64,000 nt of DNA from Chiloscyllium plagiosum (lineage: Eukaryota): the NCBI RefSeq assembly GCF_004010195.1, contig NC_057718.1:64591123-64655122 (forward strand), in the 5' to 3' direction. Below the pieces are notes generated by a model. That model was not told the DNA's origin, searched no databases, and saw only the letters and a program-made list of their open reading frames with translations. This document shows, in pieces, positions 51,791 to 64,000 of this stretch. Numbering within the stretch: position 1 is the first letter of the stretch; every line of letters starts with the position of its first letter. The position numbers and the translations under genes are program-made.

Positions 51791-53707
51791 CTGGACCTGG
51801 AAATTTATCCACTTCAAGCCTGCTAAAACTACTAATACGTACTTCCTCTTAATGCTATTTTGTTCAAGTAAATCACAACCACTTACTCACTATGGATAAA
51901 ACTCAGCTCTTAATAATCTTTGTAATGCTCACAAAGCCATCAAAAGAAAGCAATCATCCATTCAACTTCATTTTTAAAAAGTGCTGTTCTTTGGAGGTCA
52001 TAAAACTATTGTCTTTCAAACTCCATACAAAAAAAGCTAAAATAATTGTGAAGCTATCAAAATAAAGAAATAATTGAGAAAAAATGCTTCAAAAAGACAT
52101 AATCATATTAAATATTTATAAAACTGTCAATCAAACTGTTCATAGGCCCCTTGAAATCTTTTCAGTTAACCCCTGCTGAGCTAAATCAAAGAATTGGATT
52201 TGGAACTCAGCGAACCATTCATAATATTTTTCCATTGCACCATTCCATATTCAAAACCCTCAGAGATAACTAAAGCATAGCTTTCACAATTATCTGAACA
52301 GGCATCTAACATAGAATTTCAATCGGTGAAGCCAGAAAACTATTCAATTTTTCAAAGACATAACAGATGTCTGGACTTCAAATCAAAGTATAAATGAAAG
52401 CATGGATTCAATGTGACATATGAATATCTGTTTCTGAACACTGTTGAATGCATAAGTATCTTTAGAAAATCTGCTATAACCTATAAATACTTCCACAATG
52501 CTGGCCATTCAATAGTCATAATCGTTTAAGAACAGAGCTTTATGATCAATCAGTGGATTAAAAACATATTTATTGTGCAGACTCATAGCAGTTGAAGTTA
52601 GCAACACTTTGCAACACTTTAAATACATAGATGCCCCAAAGATCATGAAGCAAGGATTCTTTAGTCCACTATCATCCGATCTTTACAAACATGAAGGAAA
52701 ATTAATGTCTTGGAAAACAAAGTATTTACATGGAAATAAACCTACATTTCATATCTGATTGAGAAATCCTTTGCCTGTCTCTCCCTTTTTCCATGAAGCC
52801 TCTCGATGGAGGAAAGGATGTAAGTGTCAGAAAGAGGCCTTATGACATTTGAAATTAGCAACACATTTTAAATGTATTTGTCAAAAGGTTCCTGACTCAA
52901 TATTAGGCTTCTCCCAAGGTTCAAGGGCTGACTGAACTGATGTGATTCACATAGGCGTCAAGATACCATCCACCCCACTGAAACTCTCAAACTTAGGAAA
53001 ATGCAACATTGAGACAGACACTTAAAAAACATTGACCACAATGTTATCTCGAGTGCATGTCCGCAGGCAGATGGTGATTTCCTGGTGATAATTTACTGAC
53101 AGAGACAAATTAAGAGACCACCACTAGAATGCCATCCAACTGAGAATGGCAACCACTATCACAGAGTTGCTAGTCCAATCGGAGAGTTGGCAGTCTGTCC
53201 ATTAAGACAGTAGAATGGAGAAGAGGATGCCTCTATCTTTTGCTTGAAGGCAAGGTAGAATTTCTTTTAATGTGCCAGTACTAGACGTGCAGAGACCAGT
53301 GTTTGGAGAGGTAACCTCTCTAACTGGCATCATTGGATCAATGGTGGGTGGCCATTGGGGAATCCTCAAGGGACTATACAGCAGACATTGACAAAGCCCT
53401 CTTGGAAACCTATTGGGGTTCACAGTTTCACTTTAGCAAGTGCCTCCAGTTGGTGATTGGCTGTTATCACTGTCGTTCCTTCCAAAGAACATACAGAAAG
53501 ATGTAAACCTCCTCTACTTCAAGTTTGAAGTCTCCTGCCCTGAGCTGGTAGATTTTAGCCCAGCATTACCATTGTTTGTCAATGGTTGATGAAAGAAGCG
53601 GATTTAATCAACCAAATGTCCTTTTCTTACTCCATACTTTCTCATGTAAAATCATCTGTTTTTGAATCTCTCAACAAATCTATGCATAACAGTAAAATGT
53701 ACATGTC

Positions 53708-53710
<3 letters not shown>

Positions 53711-53766
<56 letters not shown>
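53711..53766. repeat. Compound microsatellite (CT)15(AT)13
   Basis: Seen directly. Ends 19 nt before exon 10. Confidence 0.97.
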
Positions 53767-53785
53767 CTTCACCCACCCCTAACAG

Positions 53786-53986
53786 GTCCTATGGTTTGGT
53801 ACCAGAAGTTTGAATACGCTGTTGGCCACTGGCTACAGAAGACAGCTGAACATGTGCTAGGCTGTGTCCTGTGTAGTCCAGGATGTTTCAGTTTGTACAG
53901 GGCAGCAGCCCTAATGGATGATAATGTTGTGAAAAAATATACTACCAAAGCGACAGCAGGGCAGCATTTTGTCCAGTATGATCAAG
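53786..53986 (+). CDS. chs1: Chitin synthase exon 10 (PMVWYQKFEYAVGHWLQKTAEH...QYDQ)
   Basis: QKFEY and GCVLCSPGCFSLYR motifs. Acceptor ctaacag, donor G|GTAAAC, phase 1-1. Confidence 0.97.
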
Positions 53987-54084
53987 GTAAACCTAATGCA
54001 TGTTACTGATGCCTGCTTTTACATGAGTTAGAATTTCTACATACTAGATTCACTTGAAATCTTTGTTTATCAAACATCTGACAA

Positions 54085-54535
54085 TGTAAGCTTTGAACAT
54101 ATTCAATGACCCAGCTTCCACTGCTTTCTGTGGAAGGGAATTCCCAAAAGCAGACAATCTCTGAGGGAGAACTCACCTCCTTTTCATCTTAAATGGGAGA
54201 GGCCAATCTTAAGTAGAGAAGGCCTTATTTTTAAATAGTACTCCCTAGTTCTAGATTCCCCATTAGAGAAATATTGTTTCAGTGTCTACCTTTTTCAGAT
54301 TCTTCAGAGTCTCTGATGTTTCAATTTGACCTCCACTCATTTTTTTCAAATCTAATGAGTACAAGCCCAAACTGCTCAACCTTTCCTCATAAGATTAATC
54401 CTCAGAACAGTGCTCAGTCAAGAGAACATTCTCTCAACTGCTCCAGCGTAAGAATATTCTTCCTCCAGTATGGAGATCAAAGTTGTGTAGAATGCTCTGC
54501 TGCGGTTTTACTGATGCCCTGTGCAATTGTAGCAG
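54085..54535 (-). mobile_element. Old CR1 3' fragment
   Basis: YEERLSSLGLYSL remnant on -. Confidence 0.6.
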
Positions 54536-54743
54536 ATTGAATGTAAAATTAAGTTCTGTTACAATCACCCTTAATTTATACAATTAGTTTACCCATACAT
54601 TAATCAATGAGTGCATGAATTATCCTGAAGACAGACCTAATTCTTGCACGAGAGATTTTAACATTTTTGGATGTTTAAATGATTGATATTAGCATAATGG
54701 GCTGGAAGCCACCTTTAACAGGTACACTTATCACCTCCACCAG

Positions 54744-55028
54744 GAGAAGACCGTTGGCTGTGTACATTATTACTTCAGCAGGGGTGGCGTGTAGAATACA
54801 ACGCAGCTTCAGATGCCTATACAAATGCACCACAGGAGTTCAAAGAGTTCTACAATCAACGACGCCGTTGGGTACCTTCAACTTTGGCAAATACAATTGA
54901 TCTTTTAAACAGTGGAGCACAAACATCCAAGAGAAACCACTCAATTTCAAAACTCTACATTCTGTATCAGATTGTTGGAACTGCAGCATCAATTCTAGGT
55001 CCTGCCACTGTGGTTTTAATGATTGCAG
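54744..55028 (+). CDS. chs1: Chitin synthase exon 11 (catalytic GEDRW and QRRRW)
   Basis: EDR at 54746-54754 and QRRRW at 54857-54871. Acceptor ccaccag, donor G|GTGACT. Confidence 0.97.
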
Positions 55029-57147
55029 GTGACTATGCGTTTCTACTTTATTGTGAATTTTTTTTTGCTTTAACTTGGGATAACATACTGTAACCATAGG
55101 TCTTATTTCATTTCTGCAACATTATCATAAAAATGTGTCAGTGCCACAGATGCATTAGTGATTGTATTTTGCTGCATACTGATGAAATGGCACAGACTTT
55201 TTTTTTGCCTCCATGACTAAAGTACAGATTGCTGCATCAACATGAAGGTTATGCTAACACACAGTCATCCCCTAGTGTACCCTGTCAGGATCTACATAAA
55301 CAATTATAAGCTATTTTAGATACCAGTCAGGCCATTGTATTCAGCTATTGAAGTTGCATCATGACAGTTTCTCATACTGTTTTACAGTCTCATAGTAAGA
55401 TGTATGCCCCGAAATTGTCCACCATTCAGAATCATGCAAACCATTAGATTTATTTAAGAAAATTATTTGGCAAGCCTTGTTACAGTCTCCTCCATACAAT
55501 AGAGAGTGAATTCAACAATTCTGCTTGCAGCTAGAGATATTATTTGTTGGGAATGCAGATTATTGACAAACCTGCAGCACTGATTCTGCAGCCCTTTTCT
55601 TAACAAGAGATGTTCTCAACTAGTAATGTAGGATAGCTGAATATTTTCAGTATAACAGAAATTGAATATTGCTATGAAAAAAAAAGTGCTTGTTAAAGCT
55701 TTTCATATTACACTCATCAGAGCAGATTGAGAAGAATGCCAAATTTCCAAAGGAGCAACAATTTATATTGCATGAGAAAAAGCTGATTGTTTGGCAAATG
55801 AACTCTGGTTGGTTGAGGTGCTGCCATAGAAAATGTTGTCCCGCAAGTGTTTGTTAGTTGAAACAAGCTGCAATAATCACACAAGCTTTTTTTTAGTTTA
55901 CAGCGGACAGGACCTGCATGTGAACAGTAGTAGCTTCCATTGAATCCCATTGTGAAACTCATTGATAATCTTGAATTGATTGTTAATGTAATTCTTAGCA
56001 CACTCAGGATTGTTAAGTAATGCTGCCCTTTTGCAGAATCACATCTAATGTTGGTTTTAGTTTTACAAGCATGACCTGAGTGGGGACTGTCCATACTCTA
56101 CCTATTGCAAACAATCAACAAGATGTATTATTTGATATAACCTACCAGTCATCGGGACATATGACCTACATACATTGGCACCATATTGTCACTTATTACA
56201 AAAATTACCGAATATACTATGCGATGTGTTGATTCACTTCAGACTGAAACACAAAATAGTGTTATTTGCATCTTTTCTCATCAAAACCTTTCATTTTCAT
56301 CAAACAAACAAAATACGTTTACAAAAACCAAATACTAAGTCAATAATTCCACTCTCATGCCATGTTATGTATCGTGATATCGTTCTATCAGCACATTATG
56401 ATGTGACCTTCTGAAGGCAACAGCTGATACGCATTGCTAAAGCAATGTGAACCATTTATAACAGAAAGAAGTTTCACCGTACAGCAGCTAGAACAGAAAA
56501 TAATCCCAAATGCATTTGCAGAGAAGAGGAGAAAATGAGCATCAAGCAGCAGAAAAGTCAAGGATGGTCATCAAATATATGAGACAGAAATATTCTTAGA
56601 ATTCCTCCCACTTTGCTATCTCAACTTCTTTGGAGGTGCAGTGAAATAGTTGTTTATTTTGAAATTATGGTGATTGAGCAGGAGCAATTTTGAACATATG
56701 CTTGATTGTGGTCTATCAAGTAGGTCTTGAAGAGGTTATTGTTGTATAGTTCCTGATAGTCCTAATGAATTATGCTTAGCAAGTGAAAGCAAAGTGTACC
56801 TATTGCTATCATGCAATAAATTACCTTGTTATGTAAGGCAAGTGCCTCTTTGTTTACTTTCATCAGTGGTCTGTCCTCTACCACTGGTAATTAGACAGTC
56901 TCTGGACTCAGCATGGAAAAAGGAAAACTGGTGACAGGGAACCACTCAAACCAGAATATGACAGTCATGTGTTACGATGAAAAAATATAAATGCCTCCAA
57001 ATATGTTTTCTTAAATATTGATTAATTTTAATTATATATAAGGTTATTGACAGAAAACTTATAGGATAATTTTGTTTTATCCAATCTTAATAATACAAAG
57101 TTCTTCTTAATTCAAGATGGTGACTTTTTGTATACAACAATTTACAG

Positions 57148-57327
57148 GAGCATTTACCTTTGTGTTTAACTGGAATGGAAACGTTGCTCTAGCTCTTGGA
57201 GTTGTGCCTCCTGCCATCTACATACTGATCTGTTACAAAGTCAAGTCAGATACCCAGATCATAATTGCTGCTGTGATGAGCATCTTTTATGCTTTTCTAA
57301 TGATTGCAACAATAATGTCTATTATTG
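57148..57327 (+). CDS. chs1: Chitin synthase exon 12 (TM helices, AFTFVFNW...IMSII)
   Basis: 180 nt, phase 1-1. Acceptor tttacag, donor G|GTGAGT. Hydrophobic. Confidence 0.94.
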
Positions 57328-57939
57328 GTGAGTGTTTCATGACCTACGTTTTGGCAAATAAAATGACATTTACAAGAGTTAATTGTATTGATGCAAACCT
57401 TTGAAATTAATCATCTTAAAACATTGTAATATTGATTTCCTTTTATATTAATTAATCATTGGCAATATGAATTACCAATTTAAAGATACAGAGTGACATT
57501 CAAAGCATTTTTCCCTTGTCAGATTAGAAAATGAAATGTAATGTAAAAATGCAATGCACAGTATTGAAGAACAAAGAAACAGAGAGAGGTCACTGAGCCC
57601 TTGAAAATATTCCAACATTCAGTTAGATCATGGCTAATATCAAAATATTTTGCATCTTAACTGTATTCAGTTCTCTTGGTCCCACATTCTTGTGATTTAT
57701 TAATAGTGGTCCAAATATCTTTTTTCCTCTTCTGAGCAATTAAGTAGTTTTTGGACCATCGTAAATCAACAACCTATTAAGAGCCTTACTTTTTTGTGCA
57801 TTACCACCTATTTTATTTATTATATAGACCCACTTTCAAGTTTATAACAGAAACTCCCAATGGAAGGTTTAGTCCAATTAGGTTGATTCCCAGGAATTTT
57901 ACACTTTGAATTTCATCTAAGGAGTTAAAATTATAGTTA

Positions 57940-58210
57940 GATATAGCTTACATACAGTGTGGAGACAGGCTCTTTGGCCCAACAAGTCCACACTGACCCA
58001 CCGAAGCGCAACCCACCCAGACCCATTCCCCTACATTTACCCCTTCAGCTAACACTATGGGCTAATTCACCTAACCTGCATATTTTTGGTCTGTGGGAGG
58101 AAACCCACGCAGACACAGGGAGAATGTGCAAACTCCACACAGTCAGTCACCTGAGGCAGGTCTCTGGTGCTGTGAGGCAGCAGTGCTAACCACTGTGCCA
58201 CCATGCTGCC
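57940..58210 (-). mobile_element. HE1-type SINE
   Basis: Conserved core and head. Confidence 0.9.
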
Positions 58211-59339
58211 CATATTTAGTAACCTTAATAAGTTACTGTCTCATTACAGAACAACTGAAGGCAATTTATATATAAATATATGTATGTACATATTTATGTT
58301 AGAACACAAACTCATATACAAAAAGAGTACTTTTATTCAGCAAAATTAAAATAGTCAACTTTATTGCATGAAATGAAGCAGCAGCATTAAAATGGATGCT
58401 GTAGGAAAGGCTCCAGCAATGGAGTTATGGCTGCTGAAAACCTGGTTTTTGTGCTGTTCTCAGAATTATATTACAGCTGAGCTGTCGAGGAATCAATTTT
58501 AGTGTTTAAATGTGCCAGCTGGTCCCATTTCCATTTGGCTGTTAAACTTTACAGACGTCTCTGATGTTCATGTACATCTACTTAGCATCCTTTTGTACTT
58601 TCCAGTCGGGGTCACGTGCAGTGGCTGGAATAACCACAAAAAAGTTTGAATGTAGTTCTTTAGCCATTGTTCAGGGACAAAAGGATTAATGCTCTTTTGT
58701 GTTCCAGTATTGCACTTATTTTTAAATGTTATTTGAATGTAGGGAAGAGGATAATGTTCACATATAATCCAAACATGAATGCTAATAATAAATCAGAGAT
58801 TTCCGATATTTGTCTTTCTTTTAATTTCATGGGCCAAATCTTCTGGTCTTTGGACTGCTGCAGGACAGGTGTTTGGCTGAGTTGTGCATTGGTCCCTGTA
58901 GAAGTTTTATTATGTTGCAGTCTGGGAGAATTGTTTGGGGAATTTCAGCTTTGAATGGGCATTTACTTTGCCCCATGATATCCGTGCAACTGTTTCTGAT
59001 TCTGAACTGGAGACAGAGATTTTGGGCTGTTCTAATATGCTTATCTGGATAGCCATCCGGAAAATATAAGACAAATTAAAACGTAATCTAACTCCTGGTT
59101 AACTGCACAATTTGCTTTAATATTCACCATTACCACTAGAGTAAGTTCTCTCAATGAGGCTACCCCCACAAATCCAACTTGACCTGAATATACCCTCCTC
59201 GAGAAATCCCCAAACCCTGACTACCTCTCAAACCTGACTACCTTCCTGTCATGACCCGACCTTCTGGACCTATCCTGGCTAACTCCTTAAACTTCCAATG
59301 ACACCAGATAACTAGATGAGATTGTGGAGTACTTTGAAA

Positions 59340-60170
59340 TGTAGGGCTGAGTCAGCTCAACTTTGTCAAGGGGAGCAAAAACAGAAGTGGTTGGAAAAGC
59401 TCAGGAAGTCCGGCAGCATCTGTGAATAGAAATCAGGGTTAATGTTTTGGGTCCGGTGACCCATCCTCAAAGGAAGGGTCATCAGACCAGAAACATTCAC
59501 CCTGATTTCTCTGTGCAGATGCGGCTAGACCTGCTGAGCTTTTCCAGGAACTTTTGTTTTTGTTTCTGATTTACAGCATCTGCAGACCTGTCAGTTTTAT
59601 CAAGGGGAGGTCGTGCTTGACAAATCTGTTAGAATTCTTTGAGGAGGTAATGAGCAAGTTAAACAAATGTAAAGAAAGTATTTAGCATACTTACCCTCAT
59701 TGCTCAGACCTTTGAGTATAGGAGTTGGGATCTAATGTTGACGTTGTACAGGATGTTGGTGAGGCCTTTTCAGGAGTACTGTGTCTAATTCTGGTCTCCC
59801 TGTTATAGGAAGGATATTATTAAGCTGGAGAGGGTTCAGAAGAGATTTACCAGGGTGTTGCTGGGAATGGACGGTTTGAATTATAAGAAGAGACTGGATA
59901 AGCTGGGACCTTTTTCACTGGAGTGTAGGCGGTTGAGAGGTGACCTTTTAGAGGTTTATGAAATAATGAGGGGGATAGATAAAGTGAATGATAAGCGACT
60001 ACAGTCACTATGTTTAAAAAACATTTACGTAAGTACACGAATAAGAAATATTTGAAGGGATATGGGCCAAGCACAGGCAGTTGGGAATAATTTAGTTTGG
60101 GATTATGGTCAGCATGAACTGTTTGGCCTTCACAGTCTATTTCCGTGCTCTATAACTCTATGACTCTACA
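59340..60170 (+). mobile_element. CR1 fragments containing a palindromic Penelope-like insert (~59375-59598)
   Basis: RRLRGDLLEVY. The insert is flanked by tcaagggg on both sides and has inverted arms. Confidence 0.8.
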
Positions 60171-60719
60171 TATCCTCCAAACATTCAAACCACCAGGAAT
60201 GCAGTTTTTGTGCTAATACCATTTTTAAAATGTGTTGACAATTACCTACGCTCTGCTATCTTCCTATGTCTTTATTTGAGGGTGTAACCATATAGGTATT
60301 TAGTTACCAGACCAATGGGTGTGACCGTTAAAATTATTATCGTAAATGTCAAGGGACCTTTCAATTAAGAAGAACAAAGTATTCACTATATTTAGAAAGG
60401 AGACTGTGCAGGTGTCAATGCAGCAAGGGCACCATTGAATGACAAAGATAAAATCTTGGGGAAGACATTAAACTCACATGAGCCCATTTCATGTTTGCAA
60501 ATATATTTGTAATTTTAAAAATTGTTAGTGTTAGGAGAGAGGCTAAGACTTCAAAAAAGGTACAGCACAGAAATTGTCTGGGGTCTTGCAGATGACATGC
60601 TTCATGTGCAGAGCCAGAATGAGCTGAGGGTTTCTGTTTCGACCATCAAACTGCGCAGTGAATTCTAGACACCCACTACCCTTGAAGAAAAAAGATTTTT
60701 TCATGTTCCCTCAAATTCT

Positions 60720-61130
60720 TCTACCTCCTTTAGGCCACTCTAACCCCTCCCTCCATCCACTCTCCCTATTGTCCTCTGCTCCCTCTCTCACAGTTCACTC
60801 TCCCTCTCCCCCATCTAGTTTATCCCACGCTCATTCACTTCACCCCTCCCCATTCATTCAATTCCCTCCTCTGTTCAGTCAACACCCCCACTCTCCTCTC
60901 CCCTTTGATTCTTTCCCTTCCCTACTTCTCTATATCCCTTCCCCATCCTGTTCCCCTTCTACCTCTCCACTTTCACCTTTCACCTCATAAATTCCTCCTC
61001 CACACTTTTTCACATCCCCATTCTTTTTTCCCGACACCATGCTCCATTCTAACTATTCCCCCTCTTGACTCTACCCCTTTCCCATTTTACTTCGCCGCCC
61101 CACTGCCCCTTCTCCGTTGACCTCCTATCC
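60720..61130. repeat. Pyrimidine-rich low-complexity tract
   Basis: Strongly C/T-biased + strand. Confidence 0.8.
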
Positions 61131-61560
61131 TCTAGCAGCTGCTACACAAACAGTTTCAATTCACCTTTGACACGTTTTGTTAAAAGCTGAGCTATAAGTG
61201 GACAAATGGTGCATCGCCCTAAAACAGCATTAGAACGTTAAACATGCAAAGAGGGAACCCACATTAATTGTTGGACTCTGATTGACAAATTCAAGTATAA
61301 AATGAGTGAAACAAGGCCACAGCAGTGATTCCTGAACTAAACAAGGGCCTTCATGTGAAAGTAAAGTCATTCCTATTCACACTTACATGATACTTGGAGG
61401 TGGATTTGTCATAGGCTCTTTCAAATTTTTAATCAACTTGTTATGGTCCCACTCTGTGGTCATTATATCCTAAGGTGGGACCTGACCCGGCCCTCCAGGG
61501 AGCATGCTACAAGACTCAGAGCTTTTTGCATTGATGCTAACATTATGTTATCTTTTTTAG

Positions 61561-61912
61561 GTGAAATGTTGAAAGAAAACACCTTTATTACTCCAACAGG
61601 CTTATTCTTCATCTCGATGATGATCCTTTACTTCTCAACAGCAATGCTGCATCCCCAAGAATTCCCTCTTGTATTTTACGGATTGTTGTACATCATCTGT
61701 ATCCCCAGTGGATACTTGTTGCTGCCAATTTACTCCATGGTAAACATGAATAATGTTTCATGGGGCACACGTGAAACAGTTACTCCAAAAATACAGGACA
61801 AAAATAAAACTAAGCAGGTTCTGCGATATGAAAAGAAATGCAAATGCATCTGTTGGGATATTGAATTTTTAGTCAAAGAGGATAAAAAGGAATTAATTCA
61901 CCATGCAGACAG
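61561..61912 (+). CDS. chs1: Chitin synthase exon 13 (LHPQEF...NNVSWGTRE...HAD)
   Basis: LHPQE motif and WGTRE at 61761-61775. Acceptor ttttttag, donor AG|GTAAGT. No stop codon, so the gene continues. Confidence 0.96.
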
Positions 61913-62363
61913 GTAAGTTTCTTTTAAAGTAACTTACAATAAGCTGTCGTTGTGCAAATTAACAGTACCGTCTCCTTGTGCCTAGTGTTGGTTTGTATTT
62001 CTTTGTTTTGAACTATAGGTTAGTTATTAATTATTGATTGATTTATTTTCTTTGGATTAAATTGGTCTCTCAAATTGTCTCTTACAAGCTCAAAAGGATG
62101 GATGATATTAAGTCCCTGCTCTTCAAGAGAACTCAGGCTTTATAACAAGGCTCTGTATCAAATTCTCACTCACCTACGCTTCTCTGACTGGTTGGACTTT
62201 CAGGTTTAGCTGGGCTTGATTTGTTAGGTGCTTTCCAGATACTGAAAATTATGACATGAAGCTGGAATCCTAATTTCTGCTGCGAGGGGCAATGGAATTT
62301 CTTTTGTTGGGTTTTTAGAGAGTGAGGCTGATATTCTGATTCTTCGGTGGGATTATATTCTTC

Positions 62364-62539
62364 CAGAGCTGGAAATGTGTTGCTGGAAAAGCGCAGCAGG
62401 TCAGGCAGCATCCAGGGAACAGGAGAATCGACGTTTCGGGCATAAGCCCTTAAGGGCTTATGCCCGAAACGTCGATTCTCCTGTTCCCTGGATGCTGCCT
62501 GACCTGCTGCGCTTTTCCAGCAACACATTTCCAGCTCTG
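62364..62539. repeat. 176-bp perfect palindrome of Penelope-like terminal repeats
   Basis: Centre ccctt|aaggg at 62451/62452. The ORF track shows the same peptide start on both strands. Confidence 0.95.
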
Positions 62540-63749
62540 ATCTCCAGCATCTGCAGACCTCACTTTCTCCTTATATTCTTCCAGGGATGTTTTTGGATGG
62601 AAAGACGAACAAGAGAGAAAGCTTTGTTCCTACAGTGAGATTCTGACTACTTATTCCAGTTTTAAGCATTAAAAGGTTTAATTGCACATTTTCCCATGAA
62701 TTAAGATGACAAATGCAAAATATTTCAGGATTTACAAAGGCAAAATTCTTTCTGATATTGTTCTATTTAAAAATCAGTTCAGGGGTACTCATAAGTGCCT
62801 CAAAACATCTGAAACGTGATATTCCTTCTCATTGCCAACGTCAGTCTTTTCACCACATTTAGGAATGCAGAGCTCAATTTTAACCCATTAAAAATCCATC
62901 CCTTGTACAGCATCAAAATTGGGGATTGGTCCTACTTTTCCGTTCTACTTTTGTTGTGCCCTTGAGAGTTCTGGGTGTATCTTTGGAATGTTTTGCTCCT
63001 GGAGAGATCATGTCCTTTGATCTTTTTAATTAGAACATCACATTTGATTCTAAAGATTGATATACTTAACTTATAGCTTTTACTGTCTGGGTGGAATCTT
63101 ACCAGGCACTGAAAGACGTGGGCTATAGTGAGATGCGTGGTAGATCACTAAGGTTATTAGTGAGCCCCATCTCAATGTCGAGATCATCACGTTGCATTTT
63201 GCTCATTACTTTTCTCAAGCACCTTGAAGAGACGAGTTCCCAGTTGATGCTCATAATTGTTTATTAAATGTCTCATTAACAGTCCAACTCACTGCGGCTG
63301 CAAACTTACCAAACTCACCAAAGAAACCAACCATCCACATGGAAACAAGACTGTTTCTTAGTCAGTTCATTTTGCTTGCTGTCATAGCACTCACTCACTA
63401 CATTTGCCTTATCTTACCTTTTTGCACTTTGCATCCAGAGGTGCCAGGGTCTTACTACTTTTATCCTGTCTTGATATTTAGTGCGCGCACAACCAGCTTG
63501 ACTCTTTCTGCCCCTTTGGAGGCTGCTTTCTTTCTAGAATGAGACAGATGCATGTACTAAGACAAATTAAAATGGGTGGTACAACTGTCACTTTTGGTGT
63601 ATGTGGAGAAATATCCCTAGCAAATGAGTAAGCAGAGCAGAGGACATGCAGGCTTAGTAGTTTCAGGGGTTTGGGTGGGTGACAGTGAGTGAGGAAAGAT
63701 GTTGCTAGCAATAATGAGAGTGTTGGAGCATGAGCCTTATTGGGAGGTG

Positions 63750-64000
63750 GACCAGTGGCTCATTGGTTAGCACTGCTGCCTCACAGTTGACCTGGGTTCA
63801 ATTCCAGCCTCAAGCAACTATCTGTGTGGAGTTTGCACATTCTCCCCGTGTCTGCGTGGGTTTCCTACCAGTGCTCCAGTCTCCTCCCACAATCCAAAGA
63901 TGCGTAAGTTAGGTGAATTGGCCTTGCTAAGTTGCCCACAGTATTTAGGGATGTGTAGGTTAGGTGCATTAGTCAGGAGTAAATGTAAAGTATAGGGGAA
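63750..64000 (+). mobile_element. HE1-type SINE, truncated by window end
   Basis: gtggctcattggttagcactgctgcctcacag head and V-domain core. Confidence 0.9.

Larger units (their letters stand above)
23473..61912 (+). other. chs1: Chitin synthase gene span (13 coding exons in window, 3' end beyond window)
   Basis: Manually spliced ORF of 3113 nt (1037 codons + 2 nt) with no stop codon, GT-AG introns and consistent phases. Contains CATMWHE, HIYFDDAF, TPYGGR, KKRWSQ, LDGD, QKFEY, GEDRW, QRRRW and WGTRE. The paralog number is not verifiable from sequence. Confidence 0.95.

Noticed and set aside
54744..55028. Hyaluronan or cellulose synthase interpretation of the GT2 motifs
   Set aside because: QRRRW together with CATMWHE, QKFEY, WGTRE and the large N-terminal TM domain indicates chitin synthase.
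62089..62203. Possible further chitin synthase exon
   Set aside because: An open frame exists, but the splice signals are weak and there is no recognisable CHS motif.
62166..62638. Matching ORFs on both strands
   Set aside because: A consequence of the palindrome, with no sign of coding function.

Overview
Repeat-rich vertebrate genomic DNA with three assembly gaps. The repeat families (HE1-type V-SINEs, CR1 and Rex1/Babar-like LINEs, Penelope-like elements) point to a cartilaginous fish, probably a shark; this assignment is an inference. The main feature is a + strand chitin synthase (GT2 family) gene. I traced 13 coding exons from an ATG at 23473 to 61912. All introns are GT-AG with matching phases, giving about 1037 codons with no stop, and the gene continues past the window. 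The catalytic motifs are intact (CATMWHE, LDGD, QKFEY, GEDRW, QRRRW, WGTRE), and a TATA/Inr core promoter sits just upstream. A CpG-rich promoter-like region at about 13.7-14.0 kb probably belongs to an unidentified second gene. Other notable structure: hammerhead-ribozyme cores with co-varying helix II in several Penelope terminal-repeat families, a 176-bp perfect palindrome, a 106-bp direct repeat around a 40-bp retroposon tail, a captured ~310-bp local duplication, and multi-level nested insertions. Repeat boundaries were read by eye and are approximate.
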